The notes: generated by a model from the sequence alone, not told the origin. Numbered from the stretch's first letter, positions 10,498 through 21,786 are shown. The stretch is DNA of 61,067 nucleotides from an uncultured virus (IMG/VR IMGVR_UViG_3300042882_001139) (IMGVR_UViG_3300042882_001139:62001-123067), one strand, 5' to 3'. Numbers and translations: made by a program.

Positions 10498-12309
10498 ATG
10501 AGCGTTAGAAATCACAATTGGTATAACCTGCAGTCGACTCGGCGATATCCGCTAGATGAAAATAGCACGGGTATCTCTGACGACGGGCAACTTATTCGAG
10601 ACGACATTCTCGTCGACTGCCATATAAAGTTTCCAGCCGCAGTCGGGCGTTATTTATATGTGCAAGGCATTACTGTTTCGACTGGCATTGTAACAGTGCT
10701 CTTCGGAGCGGTGAGCGAACTAGCCGCGGCAACTGGCCCAACGGTCGCCGTGCTGTCGCTACCGAAGCCCGTAGTGCCGTATGTTAATTACCCTGTCACG
10801 GCTATGTTGCCAGGTGTAAGCGGCTGGGTCGTTTTTGGTCCTGGTATTTTGACAAATTTTACGGGGCGTTACGGCAGCCCGCGCCAAACACTGGTCGCAC
10901 CGAGGAATGGCCGCGGTTATCGACCAATCGGCGTCACATCTTTGCGGAAGGATGGTGTCAGTGCAGGGCTTGAGGGCGTTATTAACATTGTAGGCGACGT
11001 GCCCATAAAAGTTAGCCGCGTTGCCAACGTCGGTCGAATCGTCGACATGACGTCTGGCACAAAAACAGTTGTTAAAAACGCGGCAAGCGGAATTGTCATA
11101 GAACTCGACACTACTCAGATCACGACAGAATACAATCCGTTAAAACAGTTTCTTGGGCCGTGCGGGCAGCGACCAGAAAGCGGCACCTGCGACAAAACAC
11201 CCATTGAAAGTATTAACGGCATATTGCCTGATTGCAACGGCAATATAGCCATCGACTTTGGCGGGCTTACTGGGAAATTATTTGACGCGTGCGGCGGCGT
11301 CGACGTGCTTACCGACGTTGACTTGCCGTCAGTGTGCGGCACAGTTAATCCGCCGCGCAACTTCAAAGACAATTGCTGCAGTCCAGATCTTGAGGTGGAG
11401 CGGGAAGCCGACATTTACACAATACCGTCTTCCAATCGCACCGCCGGAATGCTTGTAAAAACTAAAGACACAAACAATCGATTTACGCTTAATGCAGATT
11501 TGATCACATGGACAGCCGCCGAGTCGGAAGAGTACTGCGGGTGGCCCGATCCCACCGATAAAATACCAGACATTATCGCAGAGGAACTTCCGCCCATCGC
11601 GAACTATCCATGCCTTACCGTACCATTTTGCGTCGACTTCAACACGTGTAACGGCGCCGCACCTGCTTTTAACACGCAGTCCGGTACATTTTTTGCTGCC
11701 AGTATTGCGGCACCTCCGCCGTGTGCCTACTGCGACGCAAGCGGCAACCCGCTTCCCCCAAACCCCGCTAACTTTTTATCAGACAACTACACACTGTCTG
11801 CGCACAATACCTATGCCGCGACTGACAGCGGCAATGTAAATATAGCCACGCTAAAAAATTGTGCGACTAACTGGAACATCGGGCAGACGGTCACAACTGA
11901 ACTACGAATAAGTTCAGCGGGCATAGAGCGTAACGGCGGATTAATCTTAAACTTTCGTCGTGATTTAAGCGCTCTGCAACTCGTCTATACGACATACATT
12001 GCCATCGTCATAGATGCATCTAAAAGCCAGTTGCGCGTACTGCGGTACACTAATAATTCAGTTACGGTAGAAAGCACCGTAAATGTCCGCATAAAAACAA
12101 ATACGTGGTACCGGTTATCCGCCACGCCCAACATCAACGGTAATAACGTCATTATCAACGCTATTGTCGAGGAGATGACGCTGAACAGTCCGGCAACCGC
12201 GAACATTGTTGTGAATATTAGCGCCGCAAATTACGGTGCATTTACCGGGGCGGCGGGCTTATTTACAAGCCGAGCGTACACCTACTTCAATAAATTCACC
12301 ATTACGTAA
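10498..12309 (+). CDS. Cys-rich virion protein, paralog 3, with a beta-sandwich/lectin-like C-terminus
   Basis: STRRYPL and IESINGILPDCNGN motifs; C-terminal beta-rich domain (NTWYRL...GAAGLF...FNKFTIT). Confidence 0.6.
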   Translation: MSVRNHNWYNLQSTRRYPLDENSTGISDDGQLIRDDILVDCHIKFPAAVGRYLYVQGITVSTGIVTVLFGAVSELAAATGPTVAVLSLPKPVVPYVNYPVTAMLPGVSGWVVFGPGILTNFTGRYGSPRQTLVAPRNGRGYRPIGVTSLRKDGVSAGLEGVINIVGDVPIKVSRVANVGRIVDMTSGTKTVVKNAASGIVIELDTTQITTEYNPLKQFLGPCGQRPESGTCDKTPIESINGILPDCNGNIAIDFGGLTGKLFDACGGVDVLTDVDLPSVCGTVNPPRNFKDNCCSPDLEVEREADIYTIPSSNRTAGMLVKTKDTNNRFTLNADLITWTAAESEEYCGWPDPTDKIPDIIAEELPPIANYPCLTVPFCVDFNTCNGAAPAFNTQSGTFFAASIAAPPPCAYCDASGNPLPPNPANFLSDNYTLSAHNTYAATDSGNVNIATLKNCATNWNIGQTVTTELRISSAGIERNGGLILNFRRDLSALQLVYTTYIAIVIDASKSQLRVLRYTNNSVTVESTVNVRIKTNTWYRLSATPNINGNNVIINAIVEEMTLNSPATANIVVNISAANYGAFTGAAGLFTSRAYTYFNKFTIT

Positions 12310-12314
12310 AACCA

Positions 12315-13145
12315 ATGTCTAGCGCACGTATTCTATTCCCACAGTTTCGGGACGAGCAGGCGGATTCAAAGTATCCGTTTGCCGATCACGTCACACTGCT
12401 TGCAATAAACACCGGCATTAGACTGCCGACCGATTTGTTTTTAGACGCGTCTTTTTTTGGTATTGGCACGAACGTCGGGCTGTATTTATCTGCAGTAATC
12501 GTTACGACGCAAACAGTCACCGTCACAATAGGCGACAGCGGTGCTGATAGAAAATTTACTGCGACCTATGCCTCTGCCTCGCCACCGGACAGCGGGGTAT
12601 TAAATTTTGTCGACACGTACGGGCGGCCTGCGGGCTTGCTCGTGGCGGCACCAACGGTTCGTGACGCGGCCGGCACCATAAAAGAAGTGACGCCACTTGT
12701 AGACCTCGCGGCGTGGCCGGCTGGCGAGCACAGGTTTAATGCCGCAACAGCAGAGTTTGTTGCCAGCGTATCAGTGCCGGCACAAGAACCCGGCGTACGG
12801 GCTATCACAGCGTCGTCATCACCCGAGATAAGCACTGGCGACGTATGGCTGATTGGTAACGCTGGCGTTGTACTGCGTGTTGAGGGTGCTAACACAATTC
12901 GTGTTGATGTCGTAGGCGTGCCGTTATTTAAACGTTTTGTGTGTGCCCCGCTGACGTCTTTTCCGCCAAAAAAGTTTTTACGCACTATCAACGGTTGCGG
13001 CGCTGACGAGTACGGTAATTTTACGTTTACAGCCACGGGTAATATCTCGCATGTGGCGAGCGAGAAAAACCCGCATACAGTTGTTCGGATATACCCCACG
13101 GGCGACGCCATTAATTTTGACACCGTTGGTCCGCAGGTGAGCTAA
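12315..13145 (+). CDS. virion protein, paralog 4
   Basis: DSKYPF and LRTINGCGADEYGN motifs. Confidence 0.6.
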   Translation: MSSARILFPQFRDEQADSKYPFADHVTLLAINTGIRLPTDLFLDASFFGIGTNVGLYLSAVIVTTQTVTVTIGDSGADRKFTATYASASPPDSGVLNFVDTYGRPAGLLVAAPTVRDAAGTIKEVTPLVDLAAWPAGEHRFNAATAEFVASVSVPAQEPGVRAITASSSPEISTGDVWLIGNAGVVLRVEGANTIRVDVVGVPLFKRFVCAPLTSFPPKKFLRTINGCGADEYGNFTFTATGNISHVASEKNPHTVVRIYPTGDAINFDTVGPQVS

Positions 13146-14059
13146 TGCCGCAACCAGGTTTTTACAACGACAACGAGCATCGGGCTTACCCATTTATTTT
13201 TAGGCCCGGCGAACCCAGGCTGCCGGAAAGTGCAGTCGTTGATGCTGGTTTTATCATGAGAATTGATAGCCAGTTCGAAGAATCTTTGCATACTGTGTGG
13301 CTCGCCCAAGTGGCCCGCACCGCAATGCAGTTTACGTTTACGTTCCGGACGAACGCGCATGCCACCCCACTAACGTTCACATGCCCGAGCAGCAGCAACG
13401 AGTGGGCTATTGTGTACGGAGAAAGTGCGAGCTTGGCCCGCACGGCGGACAACGCCGTATCGTGTGAAGAAAATTATGACCCAGTCTGGGAAGGCTTTAT
13501 CGTTACGGGGCCGTTGCAAGCACTCGCGGCCGATGTGCCCGTCGATAGCGTTAAAACATTTGCACAAAACGAACAGCAAATAGAGCCCGCGCGAATACAG
13601 AACTTAAACAAAGGTTATGTCCGCACAATAAACGTCGGGAACTACGAGCGGACATTTATCCCGGCGTGCGGCGACGACGATACCGCGCCTGTCCCGGACG
13701 TGGTACTAAATAAACTCTGCCTCACCGGAGATGTAAAATTTAAAGAGGGTTACAATTGCAGCATTCGTCAGCCGAGCTGGACTAACGAGTTAAGAATTGG
13801 TGCCGCCATAGGCGCCGGAATGCCGACAGACGCAGAGTTATGCGCTAACGGCAGTGAGTTGCCGCTTTTCGCGGGCGAGATAGCCACAGGTAAGTTTTTT
13901 ACTAATGGCCCGGCGTGTGACGATTTGATTTTTACTTTAAACGGCCTAAGTGGTCCCAACGTGACACTTCTTGGTGGGCAAGGTATAAATATTGCCACGC
14001 AAACTGATCCACCAAAAATTACGATCACAAGAAATATCAATAACGCCGGCAACTGTTAA
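13145..14059 (+). CDS. virion protein, paralog 5
   Basis: NEHRAYPF, FKEGYN and IFTLNG motifs; TAATG coupling. Confidence 0.6.
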   Translation: MPQPGFYNDNEHRAYPFIFRPGEPRLPESAVVDAGFIMRIDSQFEESLHTVWLAQVARTAMQFTFTFRTNAHATPLTFTCPSSSNEWAIVYGESASLARTADNAVSCEENYDPVWEGFIVTGPLQALAADVPVDSVKTFAQNEQQIEPARIQNLNKGYVRTINVGNYERTFIPACGDDDTAPVPDVVLNKLCLTGDVKFKEGYNCSIRQPSWTNELRIGAAIGAGMPTDAELCANGSELPLFAGEIATGKFFTNGPACDDLIFTLNGLSGPNVTLLGGQGINIATQTDPPKITITRNINNAGNC

Positions 14060-14062
14060 ATC

Positions 14063-17000
14063 ATGGCTGACAACACATCCGACAATCTTTTTGTAGAGTC
14101 TGATCCCGACTGCCAAGTGGCGCCGGTACCAAAAGTCAATTTTGACTTTATTCAAGATTGTCGTATCGCGCCGACACCGCCGCCGATCTTTGAGTGCGTG
14201 TTGCCAATCGTGCCGCGTACGCCTGATTTCCAATGCCCAGAATTTACAGCCGAATCTACGATTCGCGTCGCGACCGCCGCAGCTGGGTGCGACAATACTC
14301 CGCGAGCTTTGCTCACAATTACGCGACCGAGCAAAGAAACAAATCCGTGCGAATATGAAATTAACTTAGACATCAATGTTCCGGTACCAAACATTCCGTG
14401 CCCGCAGATTAATATCGCTCCCACGTCGCAGTCGGTTTACTTCGTTGACAACTCAAATTGCCCGGCTAAGACAAGCACGCTAACAATTAACCGACGGCAC
14501 ACGCCTCCTACCTGTAGCGACCCCGGGCAATGCACGTTCGACATTGTGTTGGACATCAACATACCTATTCCGCGTCTCAAATGCCCTGAGTTCAGTTTAA
14601 ATCGGTTCAGGGTCAATACGTATTTTGAAGACGAAAATTCTGACGCCTGCAAAATTAATAACGTCTTCTTTATTACGCCGCGGCATGAAGAGCCGCAAAA
14701 CTGTAACGACCCGGGTCGATGTATTTTTGACGTTGAGCTCGCTATCAATATCCCGGTTCCGAGAATTAAGTGCCCGATAATCTCGGTCACAGAGTTCAAC
14801 GTTGACACATATTTTTATGACCCGAACGACCCAGACGATATTTGTGGTAGCGGCGCTAACAACAACAAATTTCGAATCATTCCTCGGCACATTGAACCGC
14901 AAAATTGCAACGACCCCGGCCAGTGCATATTTGATGTCGAACTGGTCATCGAGGTACCGATTCCGCGGATACCGTGCCCTGAGTTCAATCTTCTTGATTT
15001 CGGCGTCAGCACATATTTTGTCGGTGATGACTCGGTTACTGGTTGCACGATTAAAGAAAACAAATTTAGCATTGCACGCCGCAATAGCGGCTCAGCCGCC
15101 ACCGCGACACCAGTTAAAGCAAAAGATAGCGTCTACCTGCTTAATAATGTCACCAATAAAATAACGGCCGATGGCGTTGTTTTAAATCAAGACGAAGTGT
15201 TTATCTGGACGCCAAAAAACACAAACCCGGGCGGCGCGGGCACAGTCGTTAGCGACAACCACAGAGCCGGCGTATACGTTGTCGATTATACAAAAGCAAC
15301 TGGCGGTGATCCGTTTAACGTCATAACACGTGTAGAGTATTTAAATAGTTCAGCAGATTTTCTAACGAACAACTATCGCCAGTTTTTAGTCGCTGACGGA
15401 CTGACGAACAAATCAAAATTGTTCGAGTTAAACGTTGTTGAAAACTTTACGCTCGGGACAGATGCCGCCACGTTTAGTCCAGCAACTGCCTCAAGTTGTA
15501 AAGATCCAAACGCGTGCATCTTTGATGTCGAAGTCTACATCAACGTACCAATTCCACGCATCCCGTGCCCCGAAATAACCGTTACAGAGTTTACTGTAAA
15601 TCCGCATATAGACCGGCCAGAGTGCCCGGTAAGAGAAAACAAGTTTCGCATTTATCCGGTCCGGCAAAGTCCGGCAACATGCGACGACCCGGGCCGTTGC
15701 GATTTCGAGGTCGAGCTGGTCATCGACATTCCGATACCGCTGCCGCCATGCCCGCAATTTAATGTCTTGCCCGCCAAGGTAAATTCGTATTTCAATAAAC
15801 CGGGTTGCAAAAAAGAGAACACTAAATTTTCAATTACACCAAGACACACTGAGCCCACGTGTGATGGGCCGGGTCAGTGTACGTTTGACGTCGAACTTAT
15901 TATTGACATACCTATTCCGGTGCCACGATGCCCGCAGTTAAACGTCAAAAAATTTAGCGTGGACAGCGGCTACGTAAATTACGGCGGCTGCATTACTAAA
16001 CAAAACAAATTCGCGATTACGCCAAACCACACTGAGCCCACCTGTAATGATCCTGGGCAGTGTATTTTTGATATTGAATTAGAGATATACATTCCGCTGA
16101 TCGGGCCGGTGTGCCCCGCGTTTGTAGTGTCGTCAAACTTTGCCGCCGGTGCATATGCAGGCTCAACATGCGCGGCGGCAAACCAATCAGCGGTTATGTC
16201 ATTACCGAATGCCAGAAGTTTTGGCAACGGTAATGCTTCAGCGTTTTACATCGTATCCCGCAACATTCCCGCCACGTGCAAAACACCGCCGATCTGCGTA
16301 TTTGAATTTGGTCTAGGTGTATCCATTGCCTTGCCAAAACCACCGTGCCCGACGTTAAACGTTATTTCAAGTCGGCTTAACGCGTCGTATGAAAATAACA
16401 CAAACCTAGACTTTCGAATTGTCAAACGACCTATCGTCAAAGACTGCGAAGTAGACGAATGCAACTTTGATTTCTACTTGTCGATAGACATTCGCATTCC
16501 GAAGCCGCCGTGCCCGACTATCTCGCCGGGGCCGGTCATAATCAGAAAAATTGATCCGGACCAAAATCCGACAGGCCAGTTGACAGTAACGTCAGCCACC
16601 AATCCAGGATATTACTGCAACTACAACATTGGTCTGCAACTTAATCTGCCGTTTTGCAAAACGACAATTGAGTACGACTTCACAGGGCAGAAAACCGGCG
16701 TCGGGCCAGAGAACCAGCGCGTCGTTATTTGCTATCACAAAAAAGGCTCGGCGTCTCCCGGCGGGCAGCATAAAGCGGCAATCGCCGTCGTGCGTGACCA
16801 GTATGACAAGTGCAAATACTGGATTGCGCCGTACATCAGATTAAATATTGAACTTCCAGTTTTTGAGCCGCAAGAAACTGAATATGTGGGTTACCAGATC
16901 GGCGGCGGGACGGGGCTTGTCGGCGGCGTTTACAACCCAGTCGAGTACATCAAACTAGAGGCCACGACTGATGGCGGCGGCTGCGGCAGTGGCGGCGGCA

Positions 17001-18175
17001 ATTCGTTAACGTATAAGCCAAAGTTAAAAATTAAACCAAAGGCATTACGTGGCGGGAAAGTCACAATAACTCCAGAGGGTATCGGTACTGGTGAAATAAA
17101 ATTTGTCGAAGAAAGCGGCATGACTTTCATTGACTTAGATTTAAATTTTCAAACTACGACTTGCCCGGAACCTGACAGCGACACCGGTGGCGGTAGCGGT
17201 GGTGGTAGCGGTGGTGGTTCTAGTGGCGGCGATTGTCCGGAGCCGATTACGGGACCGACGGGGCCGAAGGGAGAAAAAGGTGAGCAGGGCGACAAAGGTA
17301 TTACCGGCGTTACAGGTCCGACTGGTATTACCGGTGTAACCGGCGTAACAGGTTTTCAGGGGCCACCCGGGCAGCCGGGTAATAACGGCTTAGACGGTAT
17401 GACGGGCATGACCGGCCCGAGCGGCATGACAGGTGTAACGGGCGCTACAGGTCTTAGCGGCCCCAGCGGCCCTATTGGTCTGGGCGGCCCACGCGGTTTC
17501 GACGGCTCTCCGGGCCTTATGGGGATGACGGGGGTTACAGGCCCAACCGGCGCCGAAGGCCCGTCAGGAGTCACGGGTGTTACAGGTATTACAGGCGTCA
17601 CAGGTCCAACTGGACCTACGGGGCCAGACGGCCCAAGCGGCGCCACCGGCGGCACAGGCCCAAGCGGCGGGCGTGGCCCGAGCGGCGCCAGCGGCGGTAC
17701 AGGCCCAAGCGGCTCCAAAGGCGATAGGGGTACAAAGGGCGACAGGGGCGAAAAGGGTGTTACTGGCAGCACCGGCCCAACTGGTCGTACAGGGGCTACA
17801 GGCCCATCTGGCCCGCCAGGGTCTACAGGCCCGTCTGGCTCGCCCGGGGCTACCGGACCGTCAGGATTAGGCCTGCAGGGTGTGCCTGGGCTGACGGGCG
17901 TTACAGGAGCCACAGGGCCTGCAGGATTAGGCGTAACGGGCGTAACAGGGCTGACGGGTCCAAAGGGCGACAAAGGCACAACAGGCGTCACAGGCTTAAC
18001 TGGCGTGACTGGGCCGACAGGTTTATGCGGGCCTCCCGGTGCCCCAGGCGAGCAGGGTATTACCGGGTCTACAGGTCCCACCGGCGGAGCAATGTTAACA
18101 GCGGATTTCTTGGCGCAGTTAATTGTCGCAATTAATACGAATGCGGCATTACGGACTGCTATCCGCAACGTTTGA
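14063..18175 (+). CDS. long fibre protein: Cys/Pro repeats plus collagen-like domain
   Basis: About 10 repeats of CxxPGxCxFDxELxIxIPIPxxxCP, a Gly/Ser linker, then about 90 Gly-X-Y triplets. Confidence 0.8.
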   Translation: MADNTSDNLFVESDPDCQVAPVPKVNFDFIQDCRIAPTPPPIFECVLPIVPRTPDFQCPEFTAESTIRVATAAAGCDNTPRALLTITRPSKETNPCEYEINLDINVPVPNIPCPQINIAPTSQSVYFVDNSNCPAKTSTLTINRRHTPPTCSDPGQCTFDIVLDINIPIPRLKCPEFSLNRFRVNTYFEDENSDACKINNVFFITPRHEEPQNCNDPGRCIFDVELAINIPVPRIKCPIISVTEFNVDTYFYDPNDPDDICGSGANNNKFRIIPRHIEPQNCNDPGQCIFDVELVIEVPIPRIPCPEFNLLDFGVSTYFVGDDSVTGCTIKENKFSIARRNSGSAATATPVKAKDSVYLLNNVTNKITADGVVLNQDEVFIWTPKNTNPGGAGTVVSDNHRAGVYVVDYTKATGGDPFNVITRVEYLNSSADFLTNNYRQFLVADGLTNKSKLFELNVVENFTLGTDAATFSPATASSCKDPNACIFDVEVYINVPIPRIPCPEITVTEFTVNPHIDRPECPVRENKFRIYPVRQSPATCDDPGRCDFEVELVIDIPIPLPPCPQFNVLPAKVNSYFNKPGCKKENTKFSITPRHTEPTCDGPGQCTFDVELIIDIPIPVPRCPQLNVKKFSVDSGYVNYGGCITKQNKFAITPNHTEPTCNDPGQCIFDIELEIYIPLIGPVCPAFVVSSNFAAGAYAGSTCAAANQSAVMSLPNARSFGNGNASAFYIVSRNIPATCKTPPICVFEFGLGVSIALPKPPCPTLNVISSRLNASYENNTNLDFRIVKRPIVKDCEVDECNFDFYLSIDIRIPKPPCPTISPGPVIIRKIDPDQNPTGQLTVTSATNPGYYCNYNIGLQLNLPFCKTTIEYDFTGQKTGVGPENQRVVICYHKKGSASPGGQHKAAIAVVRDQYDKCKYWIAPYIRLNIELPVFEPQETEYVGYQIGGGTGLVGGVYNPVEYIKLEATTDGGGCGSGGGNSLTYKPKLKIKPKALRGGKVTITPEGIGTGEIKFVEESGMTFIDLDLNFQTTTCPEPDSDTGGGSGGGSGGGSSGGDCPEPITGPTGPKGEKGEQGDKGITGVTGPTGITGVTGVTGFQGPPGQPGNNGLDGMTGMTGPSGMTGVTGATGLSGPSGPIGLGGPRGFDGSPGLMGMTGVTGPTGAEGPSGVTGVTGITGVTGPTGPTGPDGPSGATGGTGPSGGRGPSGASGGTGPSGSKGDRGTKGDRGEKGVTGSTGPTGRTGATGPSGPPGSTGPSGSPGATGPSGLGLQGVPGLTGVTGATGPAGLGVTGVTGLTGPKGDKGTTGVTGLTGVTGPTGLCGPPGAPGEQGITGSTGPTGGAMLTADFLAQLIVAINTNAALRTAIRNV
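17252..18085 (+). repeat. collagen-like Gly-X-Y (mostly G-X-T) coding repeat
   Basis: [10 protein letters not shown]...GVTGPTG in frame within 14063..18175. Confidence 0.95.
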
Positions 18176-18228
18176 TGCGGCTGCGTTGACAGGCAGGCAA
18201 ATTGCCGACAAAATTTGATCCCCACTAG

Positions 18229-18612
18229 GTGCCAAAAATGTCACACATAACCACAAGCATTTCTATCTCCCGCGACAACATTTTACGGTATTTACTGGAT
18301 GACTCGTTCTACGAAAAAAATCCAGGCTTCCAGCCATTGTTGCCAGATGTGGCAACTTGTCGCGAGCAATACGCGCAGTCAAAACAAAAAAGTAGTTGTG
18401 GCTGTGGCGGAAACATTCAACACATGCTGCCGTGCATTGAACAGTTTATAATGCTTTTAGAGCAGGCAAAAACCACAGACGTCGGCGTGGTGCAAACATT
18501 TGTAGAATATGTTAACGGTCGGCCGGTGCTGCCCGGTCAACAAACATGCGTCAGCATCTATTTTGCCAAAGCCGGCGAAACTAATCCGCAAAAATACGAG
18601 TTCATAGCCTAA
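18229..18612 (+). CDS. hypothetical protein (CGCGG motif)
   Basis: 127-aa ORF in operon orientation; start could be the ATG at 18238. Confidence 0.6.
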   Translation: MPKMSHITTSISISRDNILRYLLDDSFYEKNPGFQPLLPDVATCREQYAQSKQKSSCGCGGNIQHMLPCIEQFIMLLEQAKTTDVGVVQTFVEYVNGRPVLPGQQTCVSIYFAKAGETNPQKYEFIA

Positions 18613-18614
18613 CG

Positions 18615-19034
18615 ATGCCTACAGCACGCAGAATTAAATTAACGTGGCAGGTGAGCCGATATTACGCCAGTTCTACGGACGGCAACGGTATTCGCGTACG
18701 CATTACTGCCAGCAATGCGAACCTTATGCCAACAAAGATATTCGCTTACATGCTGATGCCAGTTCGGCCGGGCGACGATTTTCGCGTCGGGGCGTTCGAT
18801 CATGTGTGCTCGGCTGTGGATCTGGAAGAGTACCCCGAGGATGACCCGATCCCCAACGTGCGGCCAGCCTGGTTTCGGCTGCCGTACGTAGATGTGTTGT
18901 TGCGGTCTAGGGAAGAAGTAGACGCCTTTATTCGCGACGTCACGGCCGACGTAAACGCGTTGAAGGATACACTGGACGTCTCGGATAATTTGTTACCGGG
19001 CGGAATGACGTGGATCGGAAACCCGCCACCGTAG
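18615..19034 (+). CDS. hypothetical protein
   Basis: 139-aa ORF, closely spaced. Confidence 0.65.
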   Translation: MPTARRIKLTWQVSRYYASSTDGNGIRVRITASNANLMPTKIFAYMLMPVRPGDDFRVGAFDHVCSAVDLEEYPEDDPIPNVRPAWFRLPYVDVLLRSREEVDAFIRDVTADVNALKDTLDVSDNLLPGGMTWIGNPPP

Positions 19035-19044
19035 GATTCAACAC

Positions 19045-19347
19045 ATGCGCCCGCTCGTTGTACTCGACGACAGTCTGATTATGTCATTAGTTAATGACGT
19101 AGAGTTTTCTACGCAGATTCCGTGCTTATACAACAAGAGAGAAGTGTTCAGGCCCGGAGCCGGCGGGTGCAGTTCGTGTGCTCGTAAAAGACAAGAAAAA
19201 TACCGCCGAGAAATGGCAACGATAAAAACGTGCCTTTCAGGTTTAAGCCCGGATAAGAAAGCACTTATCCGGCAAAAGTTAGACGCACAGCAAGTGCGCA
19301 TTCTTTACGTCAACGGTGCCGGGCAAACCGTGCAGTTGACCTTCTAG
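19045..19347 (+). CDS. hypothetical protein (GCSSC motif)
   Basis: 100-aa ORF with AGGA RBS. Confidence 0.6.
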   Translation: MRPLVVLDDSLIMSLVNDVEFSTQIPCLYNKREVFRPGAGGCSSCARKRQEKYRREMATIKTCLSGLSPDKKALIRQKLDAQQVRILYVNGAGQTVQLTF

Positions 19348-19443
19348 TACGCCGCTAAATTTCTCCCAGAATCGCGGCATATTAATTGTTCCCGTTGTTC
19401 GGTATCAACGGGCATTGTTCGGTTCTCATCTCACTGGGAGAGT

Positions 19444-19851
19444 GTGATGTCTCATCTCGTTTTGGATAACAGGGAAGTTGAACAGACCTGGGCGGCGATT
19501 CAAGGACGAATCGGCCGACATCCGACCTTTCAGGTGGTGGCGGAAGATGCCATCCATACCATCGAAAGCGTCATTATGCTCAATCACGACGAAGCGTTCG
19601 ATCGCTGGTCGACGAACTCTCTCGCCGATAAGAAGTGCCGCGTGCACTTCTGGAAAGAGCAAGTTCTCGAATCGGTCGAGAACAACAAACGCGGTCTCTT
19701 CGCCGTGTACTTTCACGAGTACGTGGCAGCCTCTATCCGAGGCGAGATGGCGATGTCCGATGACGACGACAGCCCCACGATTCCGTTGTACGGCGGCCAC
19801 GCGCGAGCAGCCTACGACGCCTACGTGGCGTCAGTTGCGTCTTTGACGTAG
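19444..19851 (+). CDS. hypothetical protein
   Basis: 135-aa ORF with GGAG RBS. Confidence 0.6.
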   Translation: MMSHLVLDNREVEQTWAAIQGRIGRHPTFQVVAEDAIHTIESVIMLNHDEAFDRWSTNSLADKKCRVHFWKEQVLESVENNKRGLFAVYFHEYVAASIRGEMAMSDDDDSPTIPLYGGHARAAYDAYVASVASLT

Positions 19852-19857
19852 AACAAT

Positions 19858-19935
19858 CCCTGTCTAGTGGCGATGACGCCCGGACACTCCACCCCAAAAA
19901 GGTGCAGTGCTCTGGTCGTCCGCCACTAGGTAGGG
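19858..19935 (+). other. long imperfect intergenic hairpin
   Basis: CCCTGTCTAGTGGCG...CGCCACTAGGTAGGG outer arms; inner GACG/CGTC, CACT/AGTG and CACC/GGTG. Confidence 0.7.
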
Positions 19936-19978
19936 TATGTGTGTTTAACTATCGGGCCTTTTCCTTAGATATCAGCAA

Positions 19979-20461
19979 ATGAAAAAGCATACGCTCAAAA
20001 AGAAAGACGCAGAAAAAAAGCCGGCAGCCGCATACGTTATGCCGCCACCCAACGATGATGCAGAGGCGTTCGGCTGGTCACTGGGTAAACTGCGGCACAA
20101 AGACCCGAACGCAGATCCAAAAGATACCGACCCGTGGCCAGGGCCGTATGTGTTTACCGTCCCGACAAGTTTAGAGACGCGAAATATCTACGGGCACAAT
20201 ATAGACTTCATATGCACTGGTTACGTGCAGATGCTGCTCGACGCAGAGCCGGCAATTCGAGCAGGCGCGGAAAAAGTAAAGAGTGCTGGTTACTCGACCG
20301 AAGCTATTAAAAAGTTCAACAAGACCGTTATGGCCGTATTCGAGCAGCGGGTTATGACTGATATTTTAGAGCGGTTCCGTGCCGTAAGCGGAATGGTAGC
20401 GGAATTTTATGCTGCCCGGCTAGCTCACATTGAAAAGTTTGGAGCAGAAGAAAATGAGTGA
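19979..20461 (+). CDS. hypothetical protein
   Basis: 160-aa ORF. Confidence 0.6.
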   Translation: MKKHTLKKKDAEKKPAAAYVMPPPNDDAEAFGWSLGKLRHKDPNADPKDTDPWPGPYVFTVPTSLETRNIYGHNIDFICTGYVQMLLDAEPAIRAGAEKVKSAGYSTEAIKKFNKTVMAVFEQRVMTDILERFRAVSGMVAEFYAARLAHIEKFGAEENE

Positions 20462-20648
20462 CAGCAAACGACAGTGGGCCAGGTGCGACGAATGCGGCGG
20501 CGAGGTGTGGTTCGATGCATGGGTTGATCTCGGCGGTGCTGTTGCCGGCGGCCCGTACGACAACACCTTCTGTGAGGAATGCGGCGGAGAGGCACGCTAC
20601 ACAGTGGTTGATAGCGATCCGCTTGAGGAGGAAGACGATGAAGCGTAA
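20454..20648 (+). CDS. small zinc-ribbon protein
   Basis: CDECGG...CEECGG; ATG at 20454 overlaps the upstream gene end. Confidence 0.6.
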   Translation: MSDSKRQWARCDECGGEVWFDAWVDLGGAVAGGPYDNTFCEECGGEARYTVVDSDPLEEEDDEA

Positions 20649-20979
20649 TCCGACTACAGACGGCGATACGTATGCCGTAGGCGTCGAAATCACTGCGACT
20701 GATTGGCTTGCCACGTTGCAGTTAAACACAAAGATGTCAAACAGCATCGTGGCTAGAAAGATGCGCCTTACAACCAAGCACATCGAAGATATCATGGGCG
20801 GTAGTCCCACGCTCTTCGACATCGCCAAGATGTTTCACGCTCTTGGCTACAAGATGCATATCTACACAGAGAACATCGAGACGGGCAAAAAAGAAATGCA
20901 GCCGCCCGCACTTCTGCCGCACGCCCTCAAGCATCCCCACATTCGGGCGCAACTTGAAAAACAGCGGGCACAAAAGTGA
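20638..20979 (+). CDS. XRE-like HTH DNA-binding protein
   Basis: SNSIVARKMRLTTKHIEDIMGGSPTLFDIAKMFHALG. Confidence 0.55.
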   Translation: MKRNPTTDGDTYAVGVEITATDWLATLQLNTKMSNSIVARKMRLTTKHIEDIMGGSPTLFDIAKMFHALGYKMHIYTENIETGKKEMQPPALLPHALKHPHIRAQLEKQRAQK

Positions 20980-20984
20980 GGCGG

Positions 20985-21260
20985 TCAGATCGACGCGAGC
21001 ACCACAAAGTCCCGGCGATAACCACTGATCGGACCACGCTTGCCCATTAACAGGTCATCGTCGGTCTTGCCGGCGGCGTCTACCGGGTACGGGCCACTTG
21101 CGCTAGAAACGCCGGGACGATTTAATCCAAGCTCAGCCGCTTTCTGCAGTACGATGTGTGACGTGTCGCCGGCCATCAGTTCCTTGATGCTGGCGCCCGA
21201 CACAACAAATTCTGCTCGCCCGTTCGTGACGACCGAAATATCCTCGAGAATTGAGACCAT
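20985..21260 (-). CDS. hypothetical protein
   Basis: ATG at 21260 preceded by a GGAGG RBS on the minus strand; 91 aa. Confidence 0.6.
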   Translation of the reverse strand: MVSILEDISVVTNGRAEFVVSGASIKELMAGDTSHIVLQKAAELGLNRPGVSSASGPYPVDAAGKTDDDLLMGKRGPISGYRRDFVVLASI

Positions 21261-21372
21261 GGAAGAAACCTCCAAAGAAAGAAACAAGTTAACTCTGGGT
21301 ATGGTAACAGCTGGTTTGAATTTCAGCAAGTTACAGGTGAGGACTATTTTCACGACAATACTACAAAAGTCA

Positions 21373-21786
21373 ATGCCTGCCGATACCAGCGAAATAGCCC
21401 AAGAAGACTTGTTTTGCCTGCTCGTGGCTGACGCCTTAGAACGGATATCCGCTCTGCAGCCGGAACAGCGCACGCTGCTTTTAACAGAATTGCGTACGGT
21501 GTTTAATGCTGACCCGGCTACGGATTTAATACACCTGCTGTTTGCCGACAACCGGTACAGCACGTGGACCGGCTATACGGGCTTTCTTGACCTGCAGAGC
21601 GGCGAAAACGTTACCTGTATGCCCGCCGTGCCCGTCATCTCAATCGGGTACAATTTAAGCGAGCTGTATAGGCAGGGTGTTCTAATGCTCGAAAACAGGA
21701 ACGGATTCCATGGTCAAAAATATAATGCAGGAAGCGTGGACAAGTCAGGAGACGTTTGCAGCCGTTCTGCTAACGCTGTTTCTTGA
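21373..21786 (+). CDS. hypothetical protein
   Basis: 3' part of ORF 21040..21786 that does not overlap the minus-strand gene. Confidence 0.45.
   Translation: MPADTSEIAQEDLFCLLVADALERISALQPEQRTLLLTELRTVFNADPATDLIHLLFADNRYSTWTGYTGFLDLQSGENVTCMPAVPVISIGYNLSELYRQGVLMLENRNGFHGQKYNAGSVDKSGDVCSRSANAVS

Noticed and set aside
14350..16660. Diversity-generating retroelement TR/VR pair in the fibre repeats
   Set aside because: The repeats are in-frame protein repeats diverged at all bases rather than adenine-specifically; no reverse transcriptase in the window
17356..18225. 289-aa Pro-rich minus-strand ORF
   Set aside because: Antisense shadow of the collagen Gly-X-Y codons
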